A DNA stretch of 64,000 nucleotides from Amoeboaphelidium occidentale (lineage: Eukaryota): NCBI GenBank assembly GCA_023515795.1, contig JALGPX010000040.1, positions 1 through 64,000 on the forward strand, in the 5' to 3' direction. Both the position numbers and the translations under genes were made by a program. This document shows, one piece after another, positions 45,133 through 54,178 of this stretch (positions are counted from its first letter, which is position 1; the number at the start of each line of letters is the position of its first letter). The notes beneath the pieces are model-generated. The model was not told where the DNA came from. It saw only the letters and a program-made list of their open reading frames with translations, and ran no database searches.

Positions 45133-48100
45133 ATGTTTGGTAGAAGGAAATCTGGCAGCAAAGATCAACCAGCAGAAGCATCATCTGAGCCGGAGGGCGA
45201 GAAGAAGAGGAAGAACTCGTTGAAATCATTCTTTGGCGGAGTTACTGGCGCATCAGCATCATCGTCAGGCGATAAGAAGAAAGAGAAACCTGATACTCCT
45301 ATTCCATCTTCATCAGAGCCAAATGATAAAGATCTCAACAAGATCCTGCCTCCCCTTTGCAAAGCTGTTTATCAGGATGACTTGTATAAGCTCAAAGAGT
45401 TAGTATCAAAGAAAAAGGTGGATCTGTTTCAAAGTGACAAGATCACAGAACGTAACCTGTTCCATTGGATCGCAAGTGCAGGAAGACTGGAGTTCTTAAA
45501 AGCAGCACTTGAAACAAAGAACAAGGATATACCAAATGCGATCAACGGACTGGATTATGAAGGCCGATCGCCATTGTGTCTGGCTGTAATTAACAAGCAC
45601 GTTGAAGTCTTAAGATCTATTCTTAATGAAAGCACAGTATCTTTGAATACAGCAGACAAGAAAGGGAAGCAGCCACTGTACTACGCCGTATGCAATGATG
45701 ATATCGCAACCTGTACGATCCTGATACTGCGTGGAGCTAACTTCAACGCAAAGAACGAGCAAGGGATTCCGATGCTACTTGAAGCAATTGCTACCGGTCA
45801 CATTGAAGCAGCTATATCATTGATTAACAATAATGCTGATCTACAAATCAGAGATGCACAACAGAGAACTCCTTTGCATTACGCTGTACTTGTGGGATCG
45901 TTACAGCTGGTCAAAGTCCTTTTGGCTAGAAATTGCTCGCCTTTAGACAAAGATAACGAGGGTAAAACCTCGATAGACCTGGCCGATGAGAAGATTAATC
46001 AAAGCAAGCAGCAGGGGAAAAAGAATGGCGCGATTGAATTGGATGACGAAAAGAATCCCTACTACAGCATCGTGAATGCATTGAGAGCCAGTTTGATCAA
46101 AAAAGAAAGACCCGTAACAGAGTACAAGCCTAGTTCTTTTAGATCATCCATCAGTTCTGGTCCAAGTTCCGCTAAAACGTCTGTTGGAGACGCCGCAATG
46201 ATTGAAGATGTTGTGGATATCAGAAACCTAAAGACCGGAGTTGACTCGAAAAAGAACCTTGCATTGAATACAATAGGCAAGATTGACGAAGATAAAGAAT
46301 CAGTAAACTCAAAAAAGTCCAAGATATCTCTATTAGATGATGCTGGTTCAAATTACTCAGCTGAAATGGGCTCTAAGGATATAACAGAGGCCAAATGGCT
46401 ATCTATGGGGTTCTCCAAAGAGGATTATGAAGATTATAAAAGGAAGAAAGCTACCAAAGCTGCAAGAAGGAGTAACAGAAGCAACAAATCTTTGCCCGAA
46501 ACAGGTTCAGATGTTGTTTATGATAACGTTTCTGATTTAGCGGCTAATAAGTCAAGCTCCTCTTTAGATACACGAGAGAGACATTTAAGCAATGCTTCTA
46601 ACATTTCAAAAACAGGCAAAAGATCCAGAGTGATTTCTCCAAGCCGGTCATCTGACGGAAACACGAACGAAGACAGCGAGTCTGTAGTTATGGAAGCAAG
46701 TGAGAGTTTGAACAGACAATACTTGAAAATGAAGAGTGAAATATCTAGTAGTTCTACTCCAGATCCAATGAATGAAGTTGGAGCAAGCACAACAAAGAGA
46801 GATTCAGATAAAGGATCAAATCTAGCTAAATTTGGCTCAGATGATCTAATTCATGGAGCAAATATCCTCAAGAATGCTGCATCTTCAGCATCAACGAATA
46901 CTCAGACCAGTCAAAAGAGTCTTAAACAGACAAGCGGCGGAGGTACGCCTCTTTCTCCAGTTCAGAGCACAGGAATGCGAGCAACATCTGCAATAGCTAA
47001 ATCTGGGGCTTCTACACTGCCAAGGATCGTTCTACAGTTGCAAGGAGCAGATGGGAAAGAACGCATCAAGAATCGATCACGTTCTTTTGGAGATATAAAT
47101 TTACTAGCAGAAGGAGAAATTGTATTCAATCCTCTTTCAAAGAGACCATCGGCTCAATTACCGAGCTCGGCGATTCCCTTAGGAACTGCAGACGATCATT
47201 CAGGCCATAATAATGGGAGAAAAGGTTCAGTTCAACTTAATCCTGCAGATTTGATGGCAGCTATAAGAAGGCAGTTCAGCTCCGATACTGGAAAGGATGT
47301 CTTTAAGTCAAATGATGCTCTTTCTCACCATTCATCGGAAAAGTCTGCACATGAATTGTTTGAAAGTTCCGATTTGGCCCCAGATGGAACACTTAAACTG
47401 AAAAGAGATCTATTCAGGGTTTATCAGCATTTGTTAGAAAATCCCACTGTTCCAAATAGCAGAAATGATTTGAAAGATGCAGCTGAAGAATCGCCTCAAA
47501 GCATAGAAGTTGAGGAAGTAATAAGACTAGTCGACCAACTTATCAAGGATAATAACGACCTTTCAGCAGAACTAAGCAAGACAAAGAATGATCTACAAAC
47601 AGAGAAGCAACATGTTAAAGAAAATTCCTCGAAAAACGTTGAAACAAGCAGAAGCTCCTTGGATAAACAGAAAGAAAATGAAACTAAGCTCGAAGAATAC
47701 GAGAAGGAGAACAAAAACTTGCGCCAGCAGAATCAAAACCTTCAAGACCAAGTCAATAATTTGACACAAACTGTGCGCGAGAAAGAAGTTGCACTTTTGG
47801 ACTTGGAGACTGACTTGGCTGATGAAAAGGATCAAGTCCAGCAAGCTATCCATGAGCACAATCGGGTACTACGCCAATATATGGATCTTAGAGGACAAAT
47901 GGACGTTTTCGCTCAGAAAAGCTCGGAAGAAGTCGCAAAGCTTCAAGAAGCGCTACGTATTGCAGAGAGCAAGCAGGTTGATACAGCAAAAATGTCGACT
48001 GAACAGGAGAAGAACAATACAAAACAAGATAATGTAGAAGTAGACATCTTGAATAAGCAATTGCGTTCCAAAGATGAAGAAGTTGTAAGACTAAAGCGAG

Positions 48101-51100
48101 AATTATTTTTGGCTCAAACGGAGTTGGAGGAAAAAGAGAAGCGATGGGAGAACGAACTGCGCAAGAAGTCTCTGCCAAATACAACAGCAGCCAAGAAAAT
48201 TGATGAATTAAAAGAGAAAGTTGAAACTAAGGAAAAGGTTTATGAAGAAGATGTTCAGAAAGCCAAAAGAGGCTCAAAGTCATCAAAAGCAAATCAAGAT
48301 GAAAATTCCAGCAATGATTCAACGCCGTCTCAGTCTCTTTCATCTATTCACGAAGAAACATTTTCTAGCAAGGAGCAACTGTACTCTGAACTATCAGCTG
48401 AGCTTACAGCAATGCAGACAAGATTGATGAATGAAATCGCTGTCCGGAAAGAGAAAGAACATCATTTAAACACTACTTTGGCTCATAATGAAGAACTGCA
48501 AGATGAGATTGCTGAAAAGACTAAATTGTTGCAGGATGAAACTCAGAGGCTAAAAGAAATTTCTCTCAGGGCAACAGATATCGAAGTTAAATTCGCTGAC
48601 TTGAGTGAACAAGCAAGAACAGAGAAGGTGAACGCCGAGAAAGAAAGATCATTAAGGGTGAAGATTCAGAAGGAAATATCTGACTTAGAGTCAGCTTTGA
48701 AAAGAGCAAATGAAGCTTTAGACAGAGAAGTTGCGATAAGAAAGAATGCAGATCAGAAACTAAATGCGTTACAAGCTGAGAATGAAAACTACAAAAGAGA
48801 ACTTTTGAAAGAGAAGGACCGCCATGAAGCTAAATACAAAGAGTTGAGTCTTCTGAAATCATCAAACAATTCTCAGGAAGACTACCTAATCATTTTGAAA
48901 GAACAATTAGAAGAAGAAAGAAAGCACCGAATGGAACTAACCGTTGAGAATATAGATATCAAAGCCAAGAATTCCGAGGCAAATACAGTTTTATTAGAGA
49001 TTCAAGAATTGCAGAAGGAACAGATATCTACTATTGAAACACAGAAAGAACAGAAGTTAGCATTGGAAGAAGCTTTGAAGAAAGCAGAGGAAACCGTCTT
49101 AGATATCGAAGCTAGAATGGAGCAGCTTCAAAATGCAATCAATAACCTTCGCACTAGAAACAAGGATCTAGAATTTAAGCACTCCCTTAAAGTTCAAGAG
49201 ATCGAAAGGGCCACCAAAGATATTTCAGCTCTTAAAGCCCAAATATCCGCTTTAGATGCAGAGAAGTCAAAAGATAAAGCGGAACATGTTTCTGCAGAAA
49301 AAATCCTTCTTGATGCAAGAGCTAAAGACAAAGAAGAGATCAAACAGCTACAATATCAATTGAAAGATGCCGCTTCTAAGCTGGAGTCAAAAGAACGCGC
49401 TCTTGCACAATTGTCAAAAGATTCTGAAAACTTGAAGAAAGAAATGAACGTTCAATTAACCAAGGCTCAGCAAGAAAATTCACAAGAAAAGTCAAGACAT
49501 AGCCAGGAAATTGTGGATCTGAATTTCCAAATGGAAGATTTGAAAACTTCTCTTGCTGAGAGCAAACAAAAAGAGGCCTCTCTGAAAAATAGGCTCAATG
49601 AAGTTGAAACGCAACTAAAGGACAAATCCGCTCAGTTTGACAATCTTCGATCAGATTTTGAGAAGGCCAAGGAATTGATTCAGAAAGCAACTTCTCGTGT
49701 CCAAAAGCTTGAGACTGATATTGCAGAAAAGAAGAAAACCATTGAACAAAACGCCAAAATGATTAATGATTTGGAATCAGAAAAGGAAGTTGGAATTCTA
49801 GAGATGGTAAAGCTTCGTCAGGAGATTCAGCAGATCCAAGGTAGCGCAAAAGAGGCAGATGAAATTTCAGAAGCAATATGCAAAAAGCTGGAAGAGTCAG
49901 TGGGTATCGAATCCAGTAGCAACATGCCTGTCACTCAATTCAGAAGCCGTTCAAACACCGAAGAATTCGGGAATATTTCAATTGAGGGATACTTATTAAG
50001 AATGGATAAGTCATGGGAAGATGTTGAAGAAATTTTTGACAGTGTTAAAGAATTCCACCAAAAGCAAACATCGATGGTATCTCAGTTGGATGGAAACTTA
50101 AAAGTCTCATCTAAAGAAGCTGGAATTGTACAAAAGACGTTCAAGCGTGTTTATCAAGCCTTCTTGAATAGTTTGGAATCAACAATTATCAAACGCTCAT
50201 TGCATCAATTAAATGAGGCAAGTAGAAAGTACAACAAGCTTTCTACGGAAGTTAACGCAGAAATCAAAAGGCAGTTATTATCACGAGAAGCAAAGGATCA
50301 AGAAAAACAGAATTCTTATCAAGAAAAGATTCAAGCTATCGAGCTTCAAAAAAGATCTTTGGAAGAAAGAATTGCGGACTTGAAGCAATCTCTCCATATT
50401 TCTCAGGAACAGCACCAAGCCGCATTGAAATCTCATGAAAAAGAAGCAGCTGCGGTAAAGAAACAAGTTGACGAATTGAAAGATTCGCTTCTACAGAAAG
50501 AGCGAATATTGCTTGATTCTCAAGTGAAAATAGCAAAATTGGACGGTGTTGAGTCAAAGAATGAAAGAATTCAGAAAGACATAACTAATTTAGAGCAGCA
50601 AAGATCAAGACAGATGCAGACAATTCAACTTTTGGAAATGGAGAATCAAGTGTTGAAACAAGAGCTTGAAGACAGAGATCCTGAATTTGTTGCAGAGATG
50701 GATAGACCTCTTCAAGAAGAAATCATGGCTTTAAAGAGACAGATATCTGGAAACGAAGAAGGCTTTACTTTGACACCTAATATATTGAGAAGAACAATGA
50801 CTCCGCGAAGATCTGGCAGCAAGAATGATAAACTGAATTTACTGCACCAAGTCCAGACTCTAACAACACAAGTTGCTGCCCTTGAGAATGAGTACAAAAA
50901 TGCTCAAAAATCTTGGGACACTGTTAAAACAACCATGGAGCAAGGATTTCAGAATGAACGGAATGATCTTATACAAGCACTAAAGACTCAACAGGAGCAA
51001 TTGGAAAAGATTGAGAAGACATTCCAGCGCGATATAGTTAAAGACGTTTCTCATAGGGATGGTAAACACAGCGAGCAGCTAGTTCGTATTATTCTCGATA

Positions 51101-51396
51101 AGCTTGAAGTTTTGCAAGACATGAGGATCGAAATGGAAATTACTCGCCAGCACAATGAGCGGAGGTTACGTGAACAATACGAGAGAGAAATCAGTTCACT
51201 AGTATCTCAATATGATGGGATGAATTCAAAGCTCAAGAGAATTTCAGATGCTTACCGAAAGCTGACTGAAGAAAACAAATCCCTCAAAACCAAACTCTTG
51301 GCAGTAAGCAAGGAACAATTGAAAACTCAGAGGATCAAAGAGCAGATTGGGTTCAAGCTTGCAGAGGCAAAGGTATTGACGGGCATCAGGCGGTAG
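45133..51396 (+). CDS. Large N-terminal ankyrin + long coiled-coil protein, ANKRD26-like (2087 aa)
   Basis: DKDLNK..PPLCKAVYQDDLYKLKELVSKKKVDLFQSDK.TERN.FH plus about 6 ankyrin repeats, a Ser-rich linker, and more than 1000 aa of heptad-rich coiled coil. A further 3' exon (to about 51539) cannot be excluded. Confidence 0.75.
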   Translation: MFGRRKSGSKDQPAEASSEPEGEKKRKNSLKSFFGGVTGASASSSGDKKKEKPDTPIPSSSEPNDKDLNKILPPLCKAVYQDDLYKLKELVSKKKVDLFQSDKITERNLFHWIASAGRLEFLKAALETKNKDIPNAINGLDYEGRSPLCLAVINKHVEVLRSILNESTVSLNTADKKGKQPLYYAVCNDDIATCTILILRGANFNAKNEQGIPMLLEAIATGHIEAAISLINNNADLQIRDAQQRTPLHYAVLVGSLQLVKVLLARNCSPLDKDNEGKTSIDLADEKINQSKQQGKKNGAIELDDEKNPYYSIVNALRASLIKKERPVTEYKPSSFRSSISSGPSSAKTSVGDAAMIEDVVDIRNLKTGVDSKKNLALNTIGKIDEDKESVNSKKSKISLLDDAGSNYSAEMGSKDITEAKWLSMGFSKEDYEDYKRKKATKAARRSNRSNKSLPETGSDVVYDNVSDLAANKSSSSLDTRERHLSNASNISKTGKRSRVISPSRSSDGNTNEDSESVVMEASESLNRQYLKMKSEISSSSTPDPMNEVGASTTKRDSDKGSNLAKFGSDDLIHGANILKNAASSASTNTQTSQKSLKQTSGGGTPLSPVQSTGMRATSAIAKSGASTLPRIVLQLQGADGKERIKNRSRSFGDINLLAEGEIVFNPLSKRPSAQLPSSAIPLGTADDHSGHNNGRKGSVQLNPADLMAAIRRQFSSDTGKDVFKSNDALSHHSSEKSAHELFESSDLAPDGTLKLKRDLFRVYQHLLENPTVPNSRNDLKDAAEESPQSIEVEEVIRLVDQLIKDNNDLSAELSKTKNDLQTEKQHVKENSSKNVETSRSSLDKQKENETKLEEYEKENKNLRQQNQNLQDQVNNLTQTVREKEVALLDLETDLADEKDQVQQAIHEHNRVLRQYMDLRGQMDVFAQKSSEEVAKLQEALRIAESKQVDTAKMSTEQEKNNTKQDNVEVDILNKQLRSKDEEVVRLKRELFLAQTELEEKEKRWENELRKKSLPNTTAAKKIDELKEKVETKEKVYEEDVQKAKRGSKSSKANQDENSSNDSTPSQSLSSIHEETFSSKEQLYSELSAELTAMQTRLMNEIAVRKEKEHHLNTTLAHNEELQDEIAEKTKLLQDETQRLKEISLRATDIEVKFADLSEQARTEKVNAEKERSLRVKIQKEISDLESALKRANEALDREVAIRKNADQKLNALQAENENYKRELLKEKDRHEAKYKELSLLKSSNNSQEDYLIILKEQLEEERKHRMELTVENIDIKAKNSEANTVLLEIQELQKEQISTIETQKEQKLALEEALKKAEETVLDIEARMEQLQNAINNLRTRNKDLEFKHSLKVQEIERATKDISALKAQISALDAEKSKDKAEHVSAEKILLDARAKDKEEIKQLQYQLKDAASKLESKERALAQLSKDSENLKKEMNVQLTKAQQENSQEKSRHSQEIVDLNFQMEDLKTSLAESKQKEASLKNRLNEVETQLKDKSAQFDNLRSDFEKAKELIQKATSRVQKLETDIAEKKKTIEQNAKMINDLESEKEVGILEMVKLRQEIQQIQGSAKEADEISEAICKKLEESVGIESSSNMPVTQFRSRSNTEEFGNISIEGYLLRMDKSWEDVEEIFDSVKEFHQKQTSMVSQLDGNLKVSSKEAGIVQKTFKRVYQAFLNSLESTIIKRSLHQLNEASRKYNKLSTEVNAEIKRQLLSREAKDQEKQNSYQEKIQAIELQKRSLEERIADLKQSLHISQEQHQAALKSHEKEAAAVKKQVDELKDSLLQKERILLDSQVKIAKLDGVESKNERIQKDITNLEQQRSRQMQTIQLLEMENQVLKQELEDRDPEFVAEMDRPLQEEIMALKRQISGNEEGFTLTPNILRRTMTPRRSGSKNDKLNLLHQVQTLTTQVAALENEYKNAQKSWDTVKTTMEQGFQNERNDLIQALKTQQEQLEKIEKTFQRDIVKDVSHRDGKHSEQLVRIILDKLEVLQDMRIEMEITRQHNERRLREQYEREISSLVSQYDGMNSKLKRISDAYRKLTEENKSLKTKLLAVSKEQLKTQRIKEQIGFKLAEAKVLTGIRR

Positions 51397-51420
51397 ACTT
51401 AAGAAACTTAATAAAATCCG
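51384..51420 (+). repeat. Left copy of a 37-bp direct repeat bracketing the glycosylation cassette
   Basis: catcaggcggtagacttaagaaacttaataaaatccg; overlaps the TAG stop of the upstream ORF. Confidence 0.9.
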
Positions 51421-51550
51421 GAATGGAAGTTGGCGTAACCGATGATATTAATTTGCAGCAACAAGAAAGTTTGGTAAGAATAACAACACTTGCTGAATAT
51501 ACCAAAAAGCTCGCTCCAAAAGTTTATTTTGCTACATGAACCCGCCAAGT

Positions 51551-53611
51551 TCAATTCGCAACATGAACTCCAAAGGGATAGACAATAGACTCACACATTT
51601 TCAAAAATGCTTGTTGATGCTCTGCGCGATCATGCAAAGGAATCAAGGACAACAACAAACTAGCACAAATCATTTCAATATCTCTGAACTTATTAATGCT
51701 GTAGTTTTTCTGAACAAAATCACGGAATAATTCACGTAGGTGAGCAAGCATTTCCACATCAAGTCCGGAGAAAGGGTACCTATCGATCAAAACAAAATCA
51801 TAACCCCAAAGAGATTGATAGACTTTTGCCAAATCGTACAAAATATCTCCCTCGATACATAGAGTATCTCCAAGGCAACCACGCATGTCAATCAGTTTAA
51901 TTTGACCATCATTCGTTAACAAAATGTTGGAGAACACAGGGTCACCATGAATCACTTTTGCATGGATACCACTGCGATTTGCTTCATACTGGACCAAATA
52001 GTCATTAATACCACGGTATAAATAGTCCAGACGCTTTTCCGGACTCAATTGCAAATAAACATGACGATCCGCATTCCAACGATTGGTTAACTTTGCAGAA
52101 TAGTTTTCATAAATGTTAATATTGCCAAGAGCATTCGGACTGATTTGTTTCTGAATACCTTCAGATCCATGAACTTGCTTCAGGGCATTCAATAGATGCT
52201 TAAAACGACCATCAGTAATACAACGGCCAGTCAGCAAATGACTGAATGTAACTCCGCGCACTCTCTCTATACGCATGGTCAATACCTGTCCAGGCGAATC
52301 GTCAGCTCTGATTAATTTAGGAAATAACGCCTTTATATCCTCAGGAATATTCTCATAAAAGAAGACTTCTCCCTTGAAGCGAGGGTTGGTACTGGATTTG
52401 ATAACAATATCATCAATCACCTGAATAGTATTGCAAGAGCGAGGAGCAATCAAATTCAACTTCTTAATTTCATCAGGAATCGGAGATAGCTCGGACGCAT
52501 AATTATCACTCCAGCCCAACTCTTTTTCTGTGTCCAAAAGTGCATGGACTGCCAAATCATCAATGTACACATGAGCGTAAGGCTTGCCAAAATAAATTTC
52601 ATCACAGGGAATTTTAAACTTTGCAATAGTTTCCAAAGTGGTCATTCCCACGTCCGCAACAACTGCGCCAATATTTCCATTATGCGTGCGCATGCGCCTT
52701 GCAGTGCTGATAACAATACAATGGCCCGCTTCTTTCAATTCTTGAGCAAGTCTGATATTTCTATCAATAGGAAGTACGGTACTGTAATCACCGTCTTTGA
52801 CAGGACGAGTAACCAGAGTGTTATCAAGGTCAAAACAAAAGCGACGAGGTTTCACCAATTTGGGATTCTTCTTAACATACTGAAGAAACTGATTTAACTG
52901 CCATGGTGTACCAACACAAGCAAAGTTCTTAACAAAAAGGCCTCTAAAATCAATTCCATCTTTGATCATGCACCCAATAACATGTGACGTGTAGTATTCG
53001 CCATTGGAGCCCACACCTTCATCCAAAATTTTTGCACAATATCTCTCCAAGACAACAGCAGATGGAAAAGCATAAGCACCCGTGTTTGCATGGGTGCTAA
53101 TTTTTGTTTTCTCTTGAATGTCAACGATTTTGTTCTCGCCATCAATCAAAATGTAGCTGAACACAGGATTCTCCTGTAGGTCTTCAAAATAAAAGCAGGC
53201 ACCCTGACCTTCAGGCAGCTCTCTAAAATCACCCAATACGTCACTAAAATAGATTGTATCACAATCCAAACTGATGGTTTTGCGTTGCTTTTCCGCAGCA
53301 GACATTGACTGGAGTATGATGTACATCGTTTCAGCTGCCCCTCTTGTGTCAAAGTGCAAAGGAGTAACTTTGACAATTGGCCCATTTTTCTGCTTTGGAA
53401 GCTCACGGCGAACCATTTCAGTAATCTGAAATTGTCTGTCTAAAGCAGCGTTGATTCCAAAGAAGATGGTATCTGCAGCAGTGAGTTTCAAATTATCAAT
53501 GAGCCACAACAGCATAGGACGGCCCACAATGTTGATCAAAGGCTTTGGATGTCTGTAGCCATTCTTCTGAAAACGGCTACCAATGCCTCCCATTGGAATA
53601 AGGATGTTCAT
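51551..53611 (-). CDS. Trifunctional fusion: BcbE-like nucleotidyltransferase + BcbF/EcbF-like HAD phosphatase + APH/choline-kinase-like domain (686 aa, intronless)
   Basis: NTase: IPMGGIGSRF...PKPLI, RGAAET, LDCD, EK, NTGAYAF, GEYY. HAD: FDLDNTL, STARRMRT, GKPYAHVYIDD. Kinase: HGDPVFSNIL, IDMRG, GD.LYDLAK. Confidence 0.88.
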   Translation of the reverse strand: MNILIPMGGIGSRFQKNGYRHPKPLINIVGRPMLLWLIDNLKLTAADTIFFGINAALDRQFQITEMVRRELPKQKNGPIVKVTPLHFDTRGAAETMYIILQSMSAAEKQRKTISLDCDTIYFSDVLGDFRELPEGQGACFYFEDLQENPVFSYILIDGENKIVDIQEKTKISTHANTGAYAFPSAVVLERYCAKILDEGVGSNGEYYTSHVIGCMIKDGIDFRGLFVKNFACVGTPWQLNQFLQYVKKNPKLVKPRRFCFDLDNTLVTRPVKDGDYSTVLPIDRNIRLAQELKEAGHCIVISTARRMRTHNGNIGAVVADVGMTTLETIAKFKIPCDEIYFGKPYAHVYIDDLAVHALLDTEKELGWSDNYASELSPIPDEIKKLNLIAPRSCNTIQVIDDIVIKSSTNPRFKGEVFFYENIPEDIKALFPKLIRADDSPGQVLTMRIERVRGVTFSHLLTGRCITDGRFKHLLNALKQVHGSEGIQKQISPNALGNINIYENYSAKLTNRWNADRHVYLQLSPEKRLDYLYRGINDYLVQYEANRSGIHAKVIHGDPVFSNILLTNDGQIKLIDMRGCLGDTLCIEGDILYDLAKVYQSLWGYDFVLIDRYPFSGLDVEMLAHLRELFRDFVQKNYSINKFRDIEMICASLLLSLIPLHDRAEHQQAFLKMCESIVYPFGVHVAN

Positions 53612-54178
53612 CTTTGTCTACAAAGTTAAATCGTTCCGCTGGTTCGAATTTTACTAATCTGCCAGCGAATAAAGCAGTATTAATGAAAATCAACAACAAC
53701 AGCCACAACGGGAAAATCAGACGCAGAAGCCACCAACAATAACAATAACAACTTCAAAAGCAACGCAAAAGGAGGATTAAAAAGAAAGGATCTATACGAG
53801 TTTTTAAACCGCATGCCTTGCTTAAGATTGCTTCACGGGCCATTAGAGTCAAAGTTACTCTTAATTGATGGACATGTCGACAGAAATAGATCATACAACG
53901 CGCTCAGTATTCTAAGCTAACGCATCAAATTTTATCCAATTTAATGTGGCTACAAAGTACGCAATACCCTGGAGCGAGTGGACTGGCAAACAACTGAACC
54001 GCTTGATTTCACTTGAATTGGTTGCAACTTTTCGCTTCAGATTCAAAGGTTCTACTTACCGACATCGTTTTGTAGAGCTGATCTTGAATTCCTGCTAAAG
54101 TTGATTCTTCTTGAAGTTTATCTACTTATCGCTTTAGTTTCTTAAGAAGGCCTTGTGACAAAAAGCTAAAACAGGAAT

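Noticed and set aside
53690..53755. CAA/ACA-rich tract in the cassette's divergent spacer
   Set aside because: Low-complexity and imperfect; no specific regulatory motif can be supported.
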